Source: Trueperaceae bacterium (GTDB taxonomy: Bacteria > Deinococcota > Deinococci > Deinococcales > Trueperaceae). Taken from it: a stretch of 64,000 nucleotides of DNA. Position numbers and translations under genes: made by a program. The stretch is taken from assembly GCA_035703635.1 (NCBI GenBank), contig DASSXV010000087.1, positions 1-64,000 of the forward strand, written 5' to 3'. Below the pieces are notes generated by a model that saw only the letters and a program-made list of their open reading frames with translations, did no database searches and was not told the origin of the DNA. Below, piece after piece: positions 32,700 through 43,611 of the stretch (positions are counted from its first letter, which is position 1; each line of letters begins with the position of its first letter).

Positions 32700-34535
32700 A
32701 TGAGTTTCACCGACCTTAGAAGTTTCGTGACGCTGCTAGAGGAGCGCGGGCAACTCGTGCGCGTTACCAAGCCGGTTGCCATCTACCTCGAGATGTCAGA
32801 GATCGCCGACCGGCTGGTCAAGGCCGCGGGGCCAGCAGTGCTCTTCGAACGCCCCCTTGCCGCGGACGGCAAGGTGCTAAGCATGCCAGTGGTCATGAAC
32901 CTCTTCGGCACCAGGCAGCGCATGGCGTGGGCGCTTGGCCTCGAGCAGCTCGACGAGGTAGGCGACCGCATCAGGGCGCTCCTCGACGTTAAGCTCGGCG
33001 GCGGCCTCCTCGGACTGATGTCGAACCTCCCGAAACTGCGCGAGGTGAAGACGCTGCCGCCTAAGCGCGTGCGCAACGCGCCCGCCCAGCAGCGGGTGCT
33101 GCGCGGTGCGGAAGTCGATCTGCGCCAGTTGCCGATCCTCACGACTTGGCCGCAGGACGGTGGGCCGTTCGTGACTTTGCCGCTGGTGGTCACGCGTGAC
33201 CCTGAACGCGGCGACCTGAACATCGGGATGTACCGCATGCAGGTGCTCGACGAGCGCAGCACGGCCATGCACTGGCAGCGTCATAAGACAGGGGCACGCC
33301 ACCTCGAAAGCGCGCGGCGGCTAGGGCAACGCCTGGAGGTGGCCGTCGCCATCGGCGGCGACCCAGCGCTCATCTACGGCTCCACCGCGCCGCTGCCGCC
33401 CATCCCAGGCCTCAACGAGTACTCGCTGACGGGTTTCCTCCGCGGCAAGGCGCTCGAGGTCGTGAAGGGCGTGACGGTCGACCTCGACGTGCCTGCGCAC
33501 GCCGAGCTGGTGCTCGAGGGCTACGTCGACCCGCAAGAGGAGCTGGTGGTCGAGGGGCCGTTCGGCGACCACACCGGCTTCTACACGCTGCCCGACCTCT
33601 ACCCGCGTTTTCACGTCACCGCCATCACCATGCGCGACGAGCCGATCTACCCAGCCACGGTCGTCGGGCGGCCGCCGATGGAGGACGCGTACCTCATCGA
33701 GGCGAGCGAGCGCATCTTCCTAGAACCAGCGCGCTTCATCCTCCCCGAGATCAGCGACTATCACATGCCGCCAGCTGGCATCGCACACAACCTCGTCAAC
33801 GTGACCATCCACAAGAGCTTCCCAGGCCACGCTTACAAGGTCGCCAACGGCCTGCTCGGCCTCGGGCAGATGATGTTCGCCAAGGTCATCTTGGTCGCGG
33901 ACGACGGGGCGGCCGATCCGAAGAACCATATCGGCTTCTGGCGTCACGTCCTCGCGAACGCCCTGCCTGGCCGCGACAGCCAGTTCGCCAAGGGCCCAAG
34001 CGACGTGCTCGATCACTCAAGCCGCGCGTTCAGCTACGGCTCCAAGCTCCTGATCGACGGCACCCGCAAGTCCCCAGAGGAGGGCGGCGACGCGCCTTTC
34101 ACCCCGAACCAAGAGCGGACGGCCGCGCAACTCCCTAGTCACGCCGAGATCGTCGACCAGCACCAGGTAGCGGGCGGGTTCTGGTTCATCACCACCCGCA
34201 AGGAGCGGCCTGGGCAAGGGCGGCACTTGGGTGAGTGGGCCGCGCGCCAACCAGCCGCTCAAGGCGTCCGCCTGATCGCCGTGCTCGACGACGAGTGCGA
34301 CCCGCGCGACTTCGAGGACTGCATGTGGACCCTCCTGAACAACATGGACCCAGAGCGCGACGCGCAGATCATCTCCGACCCGGCCGGTGTCGGGCCGCTG
34401 TTCGCCATCGACGCCACCCCGAAACTGCGCTCGGAAGGTTTCGATCGCGACTGGCCCGAGAAGCTCACCATGCCTAGCGCCGTCAAGGCGCGGGTCGACG
34501 AGTTATGGCCGGAGATCAGCGGGCGAGGGGTGTGA
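32700..34535 (+). CDS. mqnL: UbiD-family menaquinone biosynthesis decarboxylase
   Basis: TWPQDGGPF, NIGMYRMQ, MHWQRHK, EGPFGDHTGFY, GRPPMED, GLGQMMFAK. Confidence 0.88.
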   Translation: MSFTDLRSFVTLLEERGQLVRVTKPVAIYLEMSEIADRLVKAAGPAVLFERPLAADGKVLSMPVVMNLFGTRQRMAWALGLEQLDEVGDRIRALLDVKLGGGLLGLMSNLPKLREVKTLPPKRVRNAPAQQRVLRGAEVDLRQLPILTTWPQDGGPFVTLPLVVTRDPERGDLNIGMYRMQVLDERSTAMHWQRHKTGARHLESARRLGQRLEVAVAIGGDPALIYGSTAPLPPIPGLNEYSLTGFLRGKALEVVKGVTVDLDVPAHAELVLEGYVDPQEELVVEGPFGDHTGFYTLPDLYPRFHVTAITMRDEPIYPATVVGRPPMEDAYLIEASERIFLEPARFILPEISDYHMPPAGIAHNLVNVTIHKSFPGHAYKVANGLLGLGQMMFAKVILVADDGAADPKNHIGFWRHVLANALPGRDSQFAKGPSDVLDHSSRAFSYGSKLLIDGTRKSPEEGGDAPFTPNQERTAAQLPSHAEIVDQHQVAGGFWFITTRKERPGQGRHLGEWAARQPAAQGVRLIAVLDDECDPRDFEDCMWTLLNNMDPERDAQIISDPAGVGPLFAIDATPKLRSEGFDRDWPEKLTMPSAVKARVDELWPEISGRGV

Positions 34536-34576
34536 CGCCAGCGCGAGTGGAGCTTGAGTCCGGCCCCGTCTGCGCT

Positions 34577-35431
34577 TCAGCGTCGGTGGCCGAAGAGGGC
34601 GGCTGGCACGAACAGGGCCGCCTGGGTGAGAACGATGGTGGCGCCGCTCGGCACGTCTAGGTAGAAGGAGAGCGCCAAGCCGGCCACGGTGCTCGTCACA
34701 CCGAGCGCCACGCTGAGTAGCGTCATGCGCGCGAGGGTCGGCGCCAACAACCTTGCCGCCGCTGCCGGTATCACGAGGTAGGCGGCCATGAGCACGATGC
34801 CGACCACGCTGGCGCTCACTGCGATAACTACCGCTGCCAGCAAGAAGAGCGCCAGCTCGAGGGCGCCTGTGCGCACGCCGTCGCTGCGGGCGAGTTCGTC
34901 GTCGAAGGTCGCGTAACTCAAGCGCCCCCAGGCGGCGAGCAGCGCGGCGACCGCCAAGGCCGCCACGATCGAGATGGCGAGCAGGTCGCCTCGCCGCACG
35001 CCGAGGATGGAGCCGAAGAGCAGGTCGAGGACCGACACGCCGAGGTTCACGTCCGGCGGTATGAGCGAGAAGAACATGACGCCGAGCGCGACGCTCACCG
35101 CGAAGGACACCCCGATGGCCGTGTCGGAGCTGAGACGCGTGCGCTTGCGCAGCGCCGCGATGACGAGGGCAGCTAGCAGACTGAACGGCAACGCTATCCA
35201 GAGCGGGTGCTGCAGCAGGGCGACGCTCGAGCCGATCAGCCCGCTCGTGACGATCACGTACGCCCCGATGCCCATGCCGCCGAACGCCGCGTGCGCCAGC
35301 CCATCGCCGAGGAACGCCAGGCGCCGCTGCACGACGAACACGCCAAGCACGCCTGACATGACGGCGATGAGTATCCCCGCGATCACGGCGCGCTGAAAGA
35401 ACGGTAGCGTCAGTGCTTCGAGGAGGCTCAT
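34577..35431 (-). CDS. Zn/Mn ABC transporter permease (ZnuB-like)
   Basis: FLGDGLAHAAFGG, SSDTAIG, LFGSIL, DVPSGATIV. Confidence 0.92.
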   Translation of the reverse strand: MSLLEALTLPFFQRAVIAGILIAVMSGVLGVFVVQRRLAFLGDGLAHAAFGGMGIGAYVIVTSGLIGSSVALLQHPLWIALPFSLLAALVIAALRKRTRLSSDTAIGVSFAVSVALGVMFFSLIPPDVNLGVSVLDLLFGSILGVRRGDLLAISIVAALAVAALLAAWGRLSYATFDDELARSDGVRTGALELALFLLAAVVIAVSASVVGIVLMAAYLVIPAAAARLLAPTLARMTLLSVALGVTSTVAGLALSFYLDVPSGATIVLTQAALFVPAALFGHRR

Positions 35432-36189
35432 AGCGTGATGCCGTGCTCGTGGCGCCTGTGACCGAACGCGTCCTGCAGGCACTCCTCCCGCATGACCTCT
35501 TCGGGCCCACCGTAGCCGCGCACGGTGCGGTTGAGGACGAGGACCTTGTCGGAGTGGTAGCGGGCGGCGGTGAGGTCGTGCGTGACCATGACGACGGTGG
35601 CGCCACTATCCGCCTGGTACTCCTCTAGCAGGTCGTAGATGTCGCGCTCGGCGAGGAAGTCCACGCCGGTAGCTGGCTCATCTAGCAACACCAACTCGGG
35701 CTCGCGTACGAAGGCGCGGGCTAGGAAAGCGCGCTGCAGCTCGCCACCAGATAGCCGTGATAGGGGCCGCATCGCCAACTGCTCCGCCCCGACACGGTGA
35801 AGCGCGGCCGTGGCGCGCTCGCGCTCGGTGGGCGGCACGCGCCACGGCCATGACCGCCGCAACCCGGTGACGACGAGCTCGAGCGCGGTGGCGGGAAACG
35901 TGCGATCGAAGGTCTTGAGTTGCGGCACGTACCCGATGCGTCCCGGGCTGCTCCCTGGGCGCTCACCGAACACGCTGGCGCTCCCTCTCAGCGGTTGGGT
36001 AAGGCCTAGTGCCACCTTGACGAGCGTCGACTTGCCGGCGCCGTTCGGCCCTACGATGGCCAACGACTCGCCCCGTTCCAACGCGAAGGTCACGTCCCTC
36101 AGGGCTACGAAGTCGCCGAAGCGCACCGTCACGCCGTCGAACTGCAGCAAGACGGCGCCGCCCACAGGGAGCGGCGCCGCAACCGACAT
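35428..36189 (-). CDS. Zn/Mn ABC transporter ATP-binding protein (ZnuC-like)
   Basis: GPNGAGKST, IGYVPQ, LSGGELQR, LLDEP, VTHDL, His-rich tail. Confidence 0.92.
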   Translation of the reverse strand: MSVAAPLPVGGAVLLQFDGVTVRFGDFVALRDVTFALERGESLAIVGPNGAGKSTLVKVALGLTQPLRGSASVFGERPGSSPGRIGYVPQLKTFDRTFPATALELVVTGLRRSWPWRVPPTERERATAALHRVGAEQLAMRPLSRLSGGELQRAFLARAFVREPELVLLDEPATGVDFLAERDIYDLLEEYQADSGATVVMVTHDLTAARYHSDKVLVLNRTVRGYGGPEEVMREECLQDAFGHRRHEHGITL

Positions 36190-36200
36190 TTTTTGCTCGC

Positions 36201-36449
36201 TCAGGCGGGCTTGTTCGGGTTTACGAACACCGTTGGGTCGAGCTGGCGGATGGCCTTGGCGCTCAACCACACGCGCGACGGACGACCGTCGAGCCACACG
36301 GTGCGCTTCTGCAAGTTCGGCTTGAGGGTGCGCTTGTGCACGCCAACTTGCTTGAGACCCACGCCGCCCTTGCGCTTGGCGGAACCCTTGCGGGTGCTGG
36401 TGGTGGTGCTGCGGGTGCGCTTCCCGGTTAAGGCACAGACGCGCGGCAT
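36201..36449 (-). CDS. rpmB: 50S ribosomal protein L28
   Basis: MPRVCALTGK...GGVG...KRTLKPNLQK...VWLSAKAIR; GGAGG RBS. Confidence 0.92.
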   Translation of the reverse strand: MPRVCALTGKRTRSTTTSTRKGSAKRKGGVGLKQVGVHKRTLKPNLQKRTVWLDGRPSRVWLSAKAIRQLDPTVFVNPNKPA

Positions 36450-36630
36450 GACTTCCTCCATTACTACGGGGCGCTAGGCTGCCCCTCATCACTCTTAGGT
36501 TAAGTAGCGGCGCGCATTGGTGGCTCCGCTCGTAAGCGCTTGAGTTTAGCACACCGCCCCGAGACTGCAAGGCGCCAGGCGTTCCGGGTTCGGGCTCGGG
36601 CGCTTCGGGTGCCCGGTGTACCATCGCCCC

Positions 36631-37152
36631 ATGCAACGCCAAGACCTAGCCCGCACCATCACCTCGCGCTCGCTCCTCCACGGCGAGTTCCTCCTCCGTT
36701 CGGGCGCGACGAGCAGCGAGTACTTCGACAAGTACATGTTCGAGTCAGACCCCACGCTGCTGCGCGCCATCGCGGAGGCCATGGCCCCACTCGTGCCAGC
36801 CAACCTTGACGCGCTCGCTGGCCTCGAACTCGGCGGCGTGCCGCTGGCCGTGATGCTCTCGCAGGTCACCGGCATACCCAGCCTGTTCGTGAGGAAGAAG
36901 GCGAAGGAGTACGGCACGCGGCGCTTCGCAGAGGGCGGCGACGTCGCTGGCAAGAGGATCCTCGTCGTCGAGGACGTGGTCACGTCAGGCGGTCAGGTCG
37001 TGCTGTCGACCCGCGACCTGCGTGAAGCCGGCGCAGTCGTCGAACAGGCCGTGTGCGTCATCGACCGTCAAGCTGGCGGGGTCGAGGCCCTCGCCGCCGC
37101 CGGCGTCAAGCTCTCTGCGCTCTTCACGATGACCGAGCTCAAGGCCGCCTGA
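36631..37152 (+). CDS. pyrE: Orotate phosphoribosyltransferase
   Basis: FLLRSG, YFDKY, VRKKAKEYGT, VVEDVVTSGG. Confidence 0.93.
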   Translation: MQRQDLARTITSRSLLHGEFLLRSGATSSEYFDKYMFESDPTLLRAIAEAMAPLVPANLDALAGLELGGVPLAVMLSQVTGIPSLFVRKKAKEYGTRRFAEGGDVAGKRILVVEDVVTSGGQVVLSTRDLREAGAVVEQAVCVIDRQAGGVEALAAAGVKLSALFTMTELKAA

Positions 37153-37173
37153 GCGCCTGCACTAGACTGTGGC

Positions 37174-37530
37174 ATGACCCAAGACACGCTCTTCGCCAAG
37201 ATCGTGCGGCGCGAGATCCCTGCCGATATCGTCTACCAGGACGACCTGGTGACGGCCTTCCGCGACCTCCACCCACAGGCCCCCGTTCACATACTGATCG
37301 TGCCTAACGCCATCGTGCCAACGGCTGACGATGTCGAACCGGAGCACGAGGCGGCGCTAGGGCGCATGTTCACCGTCGCGCGCAAGGTGGCCGAACAAGA
37401 AGGCCTCACCCACGGCTACCGCCTGATAGTCAACTGCAAAGAGCACGCTCACCAGGAAGTCTTCCACCTGCACATGCACCTGTTGGGCGGGCGGCCGCTA
37501 GGACCGCTCCTCGATCACAGTCACCGCTAG
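37174..37530 (+). CDS. hinT: HIT-family nucleotide hydrolase
   Basis: [35 protein letters not shown]. Confidence 0.92.
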   Translation: MTQDTLFAKIVRREIPADIVYQDDLVTAFRDLHPQAPVHILIVPNAIVPTADDVEPEHEAALGRMFTVARKVAEQEGLTHGYRLIVNCKEHAHQEVFHLHMHLLGGRPLGPLLDHSHR

Positions 37531-37548
37531 CGCGCGAGCGGGGCGGCC

Positions 37549-39102
37549 TCAGCCGTGGTACTCGCCCCACGCTTCGCGCAGCACGCCGCACACCTCGCCA
37601 AGGGTAGCGTGGCGCGCCAAGGCGGCCTGCACGAGCACGAACAAGGTGGTTCCGCCTGGCGCCCCGCCGCCCTCCCCCTCCGCCCCGCGCCGTAAGGCAA
37701 GGAGCGAGTCGGAGACGCTCACTCCGTCACGCGCTGCGCGGAACGCGGCCAGGTCGGCCGTGCGCCTGCGCTCGAGTTCCGGGTCGATTACTTGAATGGG
37801 CACGTCTGCCCCGCCCGCCTCAGCGAAGCGGTTGACGCCGACCACTACGCGCTCGCCTGACTCGATGGCCTGCTGGAAGCGGTAGGCGGACTCCTCGATC
37901 TCACGCTGAACGAAGCCTGCCTCGATGGCCTGCACCGCCCCGCCGAGGTCCTCTACCTGCCCCATGAGCGCGAGGGCCTCGGCCTCGAGCTCGTCGCACA
38001 GCTGCTCGATGTAGTAGCTGCCTGCGAGCGGGTCGATGGCGTCAGGCACGCCCGTCTCGTAAGCCAGGATCTGCTGCGTGCGCAGCGCCAGGCTCGCGCT
38101 CTCTGGCGTCGGCAGTCCAAGGGCCTCGTCGAGGGCGTTCGTGTGCAGGCTCTGCGTGCCCCCGAGCACGGCGGCCAGCGCTTGGTAAGCGGTGCGCACG
38201 ACGTTGTTGTTCGGCTGTTGCGCCGTGAGGGTGCTGCCGCCAGTCTGGGTGTGGAAGCGCAGCATCTGCGACTTGGGCTCCTTGGCGCCGAACTCGTCTC
38301 GCATGAGGCGCGCCCACATGCGCCGCGCAACGCGGAACTTCGCCACCTCCTCGAGGAGGCGGTTGTGGCAGGCGAAGAAGAACGACAACCGCGGTGCGAA
38401 CTCGTCAACCGCCAGGCCAGCGTCGCGCGCGGCGCGCACGTACGCGCGCGCGTTCGAGAGGGTGAAGGCTAGTTCCTGAGCGGCCGTGGCTCCCGCCTCG
38501 CGGATGTGATAACCGGAGATGCTGATGGTGTTGAAGTTAGGGAGTTCGCGCGCGCAATGCGCGAACATGTCCGTAACAAGGCGCATGCTCGGGCCAGCCG
38601 GGAAGATGTAAGTGCCGCGCGCAACGTACTCCTTGAGGATGTCGTTCTGAACGGTGCCGCCGAGGCGCGACGGCGCAACGCCCTGCTCCTCACCCACTAG
38701 GACGTAGAGGGCGAGGAGCATCATGGCTGGCGCGTTGATGGTCATGGAGGTCGTGACTTGGTCAAGAGGGATGCCCGCGAACAGCTCGCGCATGTCGTCG
38801 ATGGTCGCGATGCTCACCCCAACGCGCCCAACTTCGCCCTTGGCCAGGGGGTCGTCTGGGTCGAGGCCAAGTTGCGTCGGTAAGTCGAACGCCACGGACA
38901 ACCCCGTCACGCCCTGGCTCAACAGGTAGCGGTAGCGCTCGTTCGACTCCCGCGCCGAGCCGAAGCCGGCGTACTGGCGCATGGTCCAGAGCTTGCCGCC
39001 CGAGTACATCGCCGGATAAACGCCGCGGGTGAACGGGAACTCGCCTGGCCGACCGAGGCGCTCAGTGAGGCGCGGCGGCGGAGCGTCGTAGATAGGCTCC
39101 AT
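37549..39102 (-). CDS. Methylmalonyl-CoA mutase, substrate-binding subunit
   Basis: [48 protein letters not shown]; no B12-binding domain. Confidence 0.92.
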   Translation of the reverse strand: MEPIYDAPPPRLTERLGRPGEFPFTRGVYPAMYSGGKLWTMRQYAGFGSARESNERYRYLLSQGVTGLSVAFDLPTQLGLDPDDPLAKGEVGRVGVSIATIDDMRELFAGIPLDQVTTSMTINAPAMMLLALYVLVGEEQGVAPSRLGGTVQNDILKEYVARGTYIFPAGPSMRLVTDMFAHCARELPNFNTISISGYHIREAGATAAQELAFTLSNARAYVRAARDAGLAVDEFAPRLSFFFACHNRLLEEVAKFRVARRMWARLMRDEFGAKEPKSQMLRFHTQTGGSTLTAQQPNNNVVRTAYQALAAVLGGTQSLHTNALDEALGLPTPESASLALRTQQILAYETGVPDAIDPLAGSYYIEQLCDELEAEALALMGQVEDLGGAVQAIEAGFVQREIEESAYRFQQAIESGERVVVGVNRFAEAGGADVPIQVIDPELERRRTADLAAFRAARDGVSVSDSLLALRRGAEGEGGGAPGGTTLFVLVQAALARHATLGEVCGVLREAWGEYHG

Positions 39103-39170
39103 TGGCCAATCATACGTGCGGGGCGCGCTCAGGCCGCCGCGTGTGGCGTCGAGGGGGTAGCCTAGACCGT

Positions 39171-40130
39171 ATGGACAGCACCAAGATGACCTATCGCAGG
39201 GTTGGCAACAGTGGCCTCAAGGTGAGCAGCGTCAGCCTCGGAGGTTGGACGACCTTCGGTCAGACCGTGGAGGAGCAGAACACGGTGCGGCGCATCATCG
39301 ACCGCGCCCTAGAACTAGGGGTCAACTTCTTCGACACCGCCGACGTTTACGCGAAGGGCAAGTGCGAGGAGATGATGGGCGAAGCGCTCGGCGAGGCCGG
39401 CCAGCGTCACCACCTCGTCGTGAGCAGCAAGGTCTACTGGCCGATGTCCGACAACGTGAACGACCGCGGCCTCAGCCGCAAGCACATCCTCGAGTCGATC
39501 GATAACTCGCTAGATCGCCTTGGCTTCGACTACCTCGACATCTACTTCTCTCACCGTTACGACCATGAGACGCCACTCGAGGAGACCGTCGAGGCATTCT
39601 CCGACGTCGTTCGTTCAGGCCGCGCTCACTACTGGGGCACGAGTATGTGGACGGCGGCGCAGATCACGGAGGCCGTCACTTACGCCAAATCGAACGGGCT
39701 CGTTGCGCCCATCGTCGAGCAACCCGAGTACTCCATGCTGCGCAGCGAACGCGTCGAGACCGAGATTATGCCGGTAACGAAGGCGAAGGGCGTTGGCCTG
39801 GTCGCCTTCAGCCCTCTCGCGCAAGGCATGTTGACCGGCAAGTACGACGCCGGCGTCCCTAGCGATTCGCGCTTCGCGCACTTCGAGACGTTCAAGGAGC
39901 GCTTTCTCACCGAGGAGAACGTCGCCCGCGTGCGTGCGCTCAAGGAGATAGCCGACGACTTGGGCGTCACTCGCAGCCAGCTCGCACTGGCTTGGGTGCT
40001 GCGCAACGCGAACGTTTCCTCCGTCATCACGGGAGCGACGCGCGTCGCGCAGCTCGAGGAGAACGTTGGCGCGGCGACGGTAACCCTCGACGAAGAACTG
40101 CTCGGCCGCATCGAGAAGGCGCTCGGCTAG
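39171..40130 (+). CDS. Aldo/keto reductase (Kv-beta-like)
   Basis: [38 protein letters not shown]. Confidence 0.92.
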   Translation: MDSTKMTYRRVGNSGLKVSSVSLGGWTTFGQTVEEQNTVRRIIDRALELGVNFFDTADVYAKGKCEEMMGEALGEAGQRHHLVVSSKVYWPMSDNVNDRGLSRKHILESIDNSLDRLGFDYLDIYFSHRYDHETPLEETVEAFSDVVRSGRAHYWGTSMWTAAQITEAVTYAKSNGLVAPIVEQPEYSMLRSERVETEIMPVTKAKGVGLVAFSPLAQGMLTGKYDAGVPSDSRFAHFETFKERFLTEENVARVRALKEIADDLGVTRSQLALAWVLRNANVSSVITGATRVAQLEENVGAATVTLDEELLGRIEKALG

Positions 40131-40160
40131 GCGGCCCCTGACCGTGTTCGCGGCGGCGTC

Positions 40161-41672
40161 GTGAAGCTTTACCGCGCAGCCGAGCTGCGAGCGGCCGACA
40201 GCGCGGCCGCGGCTGCTGGCATCAGTACCTGGCGCCTCATGGAAGCCGCCGGCGGCGCCGTTGCCCGGCTCGTGGCGGCGCGTTACCCGGACGCCGGGCG
40301 CGCCACGGTGCTGTGCGGGAAGGGCAACAACGGTGGCGACGGTTACGTCTGCGCTCGCCAACTAGCCGCGAGCGGGTGGGACGTGAAGGTGCTCGAGCTG
40401 ACGGCAGAGCCCGGAACGCCCGACGCGCGCCGCGCACGCGCCGATCTCGTTGGCGCCGGATCGGCTGCGCCGCTCGACGCCGGCACCAACCTCGGCGAGG
40501 CCGGGGTGATCGTCGACGCCCTCTTCGGTAGTGGCCTCAACCGCCCGGTGGAAGGGTGGTTAGGCGAGCTGCTCGCGCGCCTCCACGAGCATGACGCTCC
40601 CGTCGTGGCCGTCGACGTGCCCAGCGGAGTGCCAAGCGACGTCCCACAACTGTTCGGCCCCCACGTGAGGGCCACGCTGACGGTCGAACTGGCCGGACAC
40701 AAGGTCGCGGGCGCCTTCTACCCGACGCGGGCCGCTTACGGGGAACGCGTCCTCGCGCCGATCGGCATTCCGCCTGCCGTGCTGGCCGAATGCGGCACGG
40801 TGCAGGTCGTCACGGGTGAGGAGGTGGCGGCCTGGTTACCGCGGCGCGCGCCTGACGCGCACAAGTACTCGGCGGGCACGGTGACCGTGGTGGGCGGTTC
40901 GGCGCGCTACTCAGGCGCCGCAGAACTCGCTAGCCGCGGCGCGTGGCGCGCGGGCGCCGGGCTGGTGACCATCATCGGACCCACCCGCCACCCCGCAGCG
41001 TGGCCGGAGACGATCTTCGAACTCTGGACTCCGTCGGAGGGCAGCGCCGCCCAGTTGCGCGGCGCGTTCGTGCCCAAGCGCGCCGCCGCGACCGTCATCG
41101 GGCCCGGGCTCGACGAGCGCGCGCTCGCGTACTTGCCTGAACTCCTCCGTTTGGCCCCCGGCCCGGTCGTCATCGACGCGGCCGCTCTCACCCCACGCGT
41201 GTGGCCGCGGGCGGAACGCTCGGCGTTGCGCACCAAGGGCGGGGCCACCATGACTCCGCATGCGGGGGAGGCGGCCCAACTCTTGGGTACCACCGCGGCG
41301 GCGGTTACCGGAGACCCGCTTGGGGCGGCGGCGGCGTTGGCGGCCGAGTTCGGGGCCGTCGTCGTGCTCAAGGGGCCGACAACTGTCGTCGCGGCGCCAG
41401 ACGGACGCGCCGCCATCTCGGAACGTGGCCACCCAGGCATGGCGAGCGGCGGAACGGGCGACGTGCTCGCCGGAGTGCTCGGGGCGCTCCTCGCGCCCGC
41501 TGGCGGCGGCGAAGAGCAGTTCACGCGCGTCTGCGCCGGCGTGTGGCTACACGGGGTGGCGGGCGAGCTGGCGGCGACCACGGCCGGGCTTGGCCTCGTC
41601 GCCAGCGACTTGGCGGCGGCGTTACCACTGGCGGCCGCCAGGGCCGCTGCCACTGACATGGCGTCCGAGTAG
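40161..41672 (+). CDS. nnr: Bifunctional NAD(P)HX epimerase/dehydratase
   Basis: LMEAAG, CGKGNNGGDG, DALFGSG, AVDVPSG, TPHAGEA, GGTGDVLAG. Confidence 0.92.
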   Translation: MKLYRAAELRAADSAAAAAGISTWRLMEAAGGAVARLVAARYPDAGRATVLCGKGNNGGDGYVCARQLAASGWDVKVLELTAEPGTPDARRARADLVGAGSAAPLDAGTNLGEAGVIVDALFGSGLNRPVEGWLGELLARLHEHDAPVVAVDVPSGVPSDVPQLFGPHVRATLTVELAGHKVAGAFYPTRAAYGERVLAPIGIPPAVLAECGTVQVVTGEEVAAWLPRRAPDAHKYSAGTVTVVGGSARYSGAAELASRGAWRAGAGLVTIIGPTRHPAAWPETIFELWTPSEGSAAQLRGAFVPKRAAATVIGPGLDERALAYLPELLRLAPGPVVIDAAALTPRVWPRAERSALRTKGGATMTPHAGEAAQLLGTTAAAVTGDPLGAAAALAAEFGAVVVLKGPTTVVAAPDGRAAISERGHPGMASGGTGDVLAGVLGALLAPAGGGEEQFTRVCAGVWLHGVAGELAATTAGLGLVASDLAAALPLAAARAAATDMASE

Positions 41673-41716
41673 GCGGCAGACGCAGCGCCAATCGGCCGGA
41701 TGGTAGCGTGCCACAC

Positions 41717-42601
41717 ATGTTCCGCGCACGCGTTCCGGCCAGCAGCGCCAACCTCGGGCCGGGTTTCGACGCCCTCGGGCTCGCCCTCGACCTTCAACTC
41801 GAAGTCACGTTAGAAGAAGCCGCTAGCGATTCGTTCAGTTACCGCGGCCGCGATAGCGTGCCAGAGACACCAGACAACCTCGTGCACCGCGGCTTCCGCG
41901 CCGCCTACCAACGATTAGGACTGACTGCCCCGACGGTAGCGCTAAGCGTCGTGAACCCCATCCCACTCGCGCGCGGTCTCGGCTCATCGTCCGCTGCGCT
42001 AGTCGCCGGCGCGGCCCTCGCCGACGCCATGACGAACGGTGCGCTTGGCAGGCGCGGCGTTTTCGAGCTCACTGCCGCCCTCGAAGGTCACCCCGACAAC
42101 GTCGGGCCTTGCGTGTTCGGCGGCTTTACCGTTGCGGCAAGTGACGAGACGGGCGCCTTCCTCGAGGCCGCCCTGCCCGTGCCCGCCGGTTGGCGCTTCC
42201 TGTTCGGCGTGCCAGCCTTCGAGCTGTCTACGGCGGAAGCGCGGGCCGCATTGCCAGACAGTTACAGCCGCCGCGACGTCGTCCTGACCGCCTCTCGCGC
42301 GGCCCTGTGGGTGGCGGCCGTTGCCCTCGAGCGTCCGGAACTGCTGCGCACGGCAGCCCTCGACGTCATTCACCAACCGTACAGGGCAAGCCTCGTCCCA
42401 GGGTTCACCGCGGCCATCACGGCGTTGCGTGAGGCCGGCGCTTACGCTGCCTTCCTCTCCGGCGCTGGTCCGACGGTTGGGGCGGTCGTCGACGCCGCTG
42501 TGCTGCCGTCCTGCCGCGCCAACCTCGAGGCGTTCGTTGGGGCGGGTGGCGAGGTGCTCGAGCTAGGCGCCGCGGCCGGTTACGTAACGGAGCGTTACTG
42601 A
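41717..42601 (+). CDS. thrB: Homoserine kinase
   Basis: PASSANLGPGFD, IPLARGLGSS, EGHPDN, HQPYR, LSGAGPT. Confidence 0.95.
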   Translation: MFRARVPASSANLGPGFDALGLALDLQLEVTLEEAASDSFSYRGRDSVPETPDNLVHRGFRAAYQRLGLTAPTVALSVVNPIPLARGLGSSSAALVAGAALADAMTNGALGRRGVFELTAALEGHPDNVGPCVFGGFTVAASDETGAFLEAALPVPAGWRFLFGVPAFELSTAEARAALPDSYSRRDVVLTASRAALWVAAVALERPELLRTAALDVIHQPYRASLVPGFTAAITALREAGAYAAFLSGAGPTVGAVVDAAVLPSCRANLEAFVGAGGEVLELGAAAGYVTERY

Positions 42602-43611
42602 TGCCCGGCCCCGCCGAGTCCAAGGGCGGCGCCCCCCTCGTCCTCGGCATCGACACCTCGTGCGACGACACCGGCGTTGGGGTGGCAAGAGGCCCAGTTG
42701 TCCTCGCGAACGTGGTCGAGTCGCAGACGGCGCTGCACGCGCGTTTCGGCGGCGTCATGCCGGAACTCGCGAGCCGCGAGCACCTCGAGGTGATCGCTGA
42801 CGTCGCGCAGCGTGCCTTGGCCGAGGCAGGCGTGACACTGGCAGACTTAGGCGCGGTGGCGGCCACGCGCGGGCCAGGCCTCGTCGGCGCGCTCCTCGTT
42901 GGGCTCAGTTACGGCAAGGCCCTCGCTTGGGGCCTCGGGGTGCCGTTCGTACCCGTTCACCACCTAGAGGGGCACCTGGCGGCGGCAGGCGGCGCAGAGC
43001 CTCCGTTCATCGCGCTCCTAGCGTCCGGCGGGCACACGGCGCTGTTCGCTGTCCACGCCTGGGGCCAGGTGGAGGAGCTCGGCCGCAGTCGTGACGACGC
43101 TGCTGGCGAGGCGTTCGACAAGGTGGCGCGGCTGCTCGACCTCGGTTATCCGGGTGGCGCGGCCCTAGCGCAGCTAGCCGCCACTGGCGACGACCAGGCA
43201 CTATCTCTGCCGCAGCCGATGCAGGGCCACAAGGGGCTCGACTTCTCGTTCAGCGGCCTCAAGACGGCCGTTGCCCAGTTGCTTGAACGCCAACCAGACG
43301 CGCGGCCAGCAGACGTTGCCGCCAGCTTCGAACGCGTGGTGGTCACCTCGCTAGTCAACGGCGCGGCGCGCGCCCTCAGCCAGACGGGCATGCAGCGACT
43401 CGTCGTGGCAGGTGGCGTGGCGGCCAACGCTAGGTTGCGACGCGAGTTCGCGGCCGCGGGCATCGACGTTGCCTTCCCCCCGCCGGCGCTAGCCACCGAT
43501 AACGGCGCGATGATCGCGCTGGCCGGTGGGCAGAGGCTAGCAAGTGGCCGCTTGCCGCCCGCGCCCTTCACCGCTGACGCGGAACCGTACCTGCCACTCG
43601 TTGGCGCCTAA
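42601..43611 (+). CDS. tsaD: tRNA threonylcarbamoyltransferase
   Basis: GIDTSCDDT, HHLEGH, SGGHT, DDAAGEAFDK, FSFSGLKT, TDNGAMI. Confidence 0.95.
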   Translation: MPGPAESKGGAPLVLGIDTSCDDTGVGVARGPVVLANVVESQTALHARFGGVMPELASREHLEVIADVAQRALAEAGVTLADLGAVAATRGPGLVGALLVGLSYGKALAWGLGVPFVPVHHLEGHLAAAGGAEPPFIALLASGGHTALFAVHAWGQVEELGRSRDDAAGEAFDKVARLLDLGYPGGAALAQLAATGDDQALSLPQPMQGHKGLDFSFSGLKTAVAQLLERQPDARPADVAASFERVVVTSLVNGAARALSQTGMQRLVVAGGVAANARLRREFAAAGIDVAFPPPALATDNGAMIALAGGQRLASGRLPPAPFTADAEPYLPLVGA

